Shown here one piece after another: positions 61,561 to 64,000 of a DNA stretch of 64,000 nt. A program made the translations under genes and the position numbers. The notes under the pieces are model-generated. The model had not been told where the DNA came from and ran no database searches. It worked only from the letters and a program-made list of their open reading frames with translations. Within the stretch, counting starts at the first letter, position 1; each line of letters starts with the position of its first letter. This DNA is from Eledone cirrhosa (Eukaryota): the NCBI GenBank assembly GCA_964016885.1, contig OZ024759.1, positions 9,982,001-10,046,000 of the forward strand. The letters run 5' to 3'.

Positions 61561-64000
61561 GCATCACACATCTCACACACCAACATGGAGCCCATATCTC
61601 ACTACCATGCAGCATCACACATCTCACACATCAACATGGAGCCCATGTCTCACTACCATGTAGCATCACACACCTCGCACACCAACATGGAGCCCATGTC
61701 TCACTACCATGTAGCACCACACACCTCACACATCAACATGGAGCCCATGTCTCACTACCATGTAACACCACACACCTCACACACCAACATGGAGCCCATG
61801 TTTCACTACCATGTAGCATCACACATCTCACACATCAACATGGAGCCCATGTCTCACTACCATGTAGCATCACACATCTCACACATCAACATGGATCCCA
61901 TGTCTCACTACCATGTAACACCACACACCTCACACACCAACATGGAGCCCATGTTTCACTACCATGTAGCACCACACACACCAACATGGAGCCCATGTCT
62001 CACTACCATGTAACACCACACACCTCACACACCAACATGGAGCCCATGTCTCACTACCATGTAACACCACACACCTCACACACCAACATGGAGCCCATGT
62101 CTCACTACCATGTAGCACCACACACCTCACACACCAACATGGAGCCCATGTCTCACTACCATGTAACACCACACACCTCACACACCAACATGGAGCCCAT
62201 GTCTCACTACCATGTAACACCACACACCTCAGACACCAACATGGAGCCCATGTCTCACTACCATGTAGCACCACACACCTCACACACCAACATGGAGCCC
62301 ATGTCTCACTACCATGTAGCACCACACACCAACATGGAGCCCATGTCTCACTACCATGTAGCACCACACACCTCACACACCAACATGGAGCCCATGCCTC
62401 ACTACCATGTAGCACCACACATCTCACACACCAACATGGAGCCCATGCCTCACTACCATGTAGCACCACACACCTCACACACCAACATGGAGCCCATGTC
62501 TCACTACCATGTAGCACCACACACACCAACATGGAGCCCATGTCTCACTACCATGTAGCACCACACACCTCACACACCAACATGGAGCCCATGTTTCACT
62601 ACCATGTAGCATCACACATCTCACACACCAACATGGAGCCCATATCTCACTAACATGTAACACCACACATCTCACACCAACATGGAGCCCATGTCTCACT
62701 ACCATGTAGCACCACACACCTCACACATCAACATGGAGCCCATGTCTCACTACCATGTAGCACCACACACCTCACACACCAACATGGAGCCCATGTCTCA
62801 CTACCATGTAGCACCACACACCAACATGGAGTCCATGTCTCACTACCATGTAGCACCACACACCTCACACACCAACACGGAGCCCATGTCTCACTACCAT
62901 GTAGCACCACACACCTCACACATCAACATGGATCCCATGTCTCACTACCATGTAGCATCACATCTCTCACACCAACATGGAGCCCATGTCTCACTACCAT
63001 GTAGCATCACACACCTCACACACCAACATGGAGCCCATGTCTCACTACCAAGTAGCCTCACACACCAACATGGAGCCCATGTCTCACTACCATGTAGCAC
63101 CACACACCTCACACACCAACATGGAGCCCATGTTTCACTACCATGTAGCATCACACATCTCACACACCAACATGGAGCTCATATCTCACTACCATGTAGC
63201 ACCACACACCTCACACACCAACATGGAGCCCATGTTTCACTACCATGTAACACCACACATCTCACACACCAACATGGATCCCATGTCTCACTACCATGTA
63301 GCACCCCACACCTCACACATCAACATGGATCCCATGTCTCACTACCATGTAGCACCACACACCTCACACACCAACATGGATCCCATGTCTCACTACCATG
63401 TAGCACCACACACCTCACACACCAACATGGAGCCCATGTCTCACTACCATGTAGCACCACACCTCACACACCAACATGGAGCCCATGTCTCACTACCATG
63501 TAGCACCACACACCTCACACACCAACATGGAGCCCATGTCTCACTACCATGTAGCACCACATACCTCACACACCAACATGGAGCCCATGTCTCACTACCA
63601 TGTAGCATCACATCTCTCACACCAACATGGAGCCCATGTCTCACTACCATGTAACACCACACACCTCACACACCAACATGGAGCCCATGTTTCACTACCA
63701 TGTAGCACCACACACACCAACATGGAGCCCATGTCTCACTACCATGTAGCACCACACACCTCACACACCAACATGGAGCCCATGTCTCACTACCATGTAA
63801 CACCACACACCTCAGACACCAACATGGAGCCCATGTCTCACTACCATGTAGCACCACACACCTCACACACCAACATGGAGCCCATGTCTCACTACCATGT
63901 AACACCACACACCTCACACACCAACATGGAGCCCATGTCTCACTACCATGTAGCACCACACACCTCACACACCAACATGGAGCCCATGTCTCACTACCAT
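61540..64000. repeat. 51-bp satellite derived from the RTE ORF2 LHGSETW motif
   Basis: Unit CATGTCTCACTACCATGTAGCACCACACACCTCACACACCAACATGGAGCC is contiguous with the RTE ORF and runs off the window end. Confidence 0.95.

Overview
Eukaryotic, repeat-dense, AT-rich animal genomic DNA. The SINE/LINE repertoire points to an octopod cephalopod (inference). One host gene can be rebuilt by hand on the minus strand: kinetochore protein NDC80/HEC1. It has 15 coding exons from ATG 43418 to TAG 3645, all GT-AG and phase-consistent, 1845 nt = 614 aa. A probable non-coding first exon and a CHR/GCGCGC cell-cycle promoter lie near 54895-54945. The rest is transposon-derived: two tRNA-derived SINE families, RTE, CR1, Tx1/L1, R4/Dong, CRE-like and Penelope fragments, a deleted mariner, a Helitron helicase fragment, hAT, piggyBac-like and TcMar MITEs, and many satellites that grew out of TE segments. 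Almost all ORFs in the supplied track are artefacts of these repeats. The most notable unannotated signal is a family of type I hammerhead ribozyme motifs, about nine with intact cores plus several degenerate ones. They have a palindromic stem III and a covarying stem II with a conserved C-Y mismatch. Most sit in short direct or inverted repeats, and several are in the sense orientation of the NDC80 pre-mRNA.
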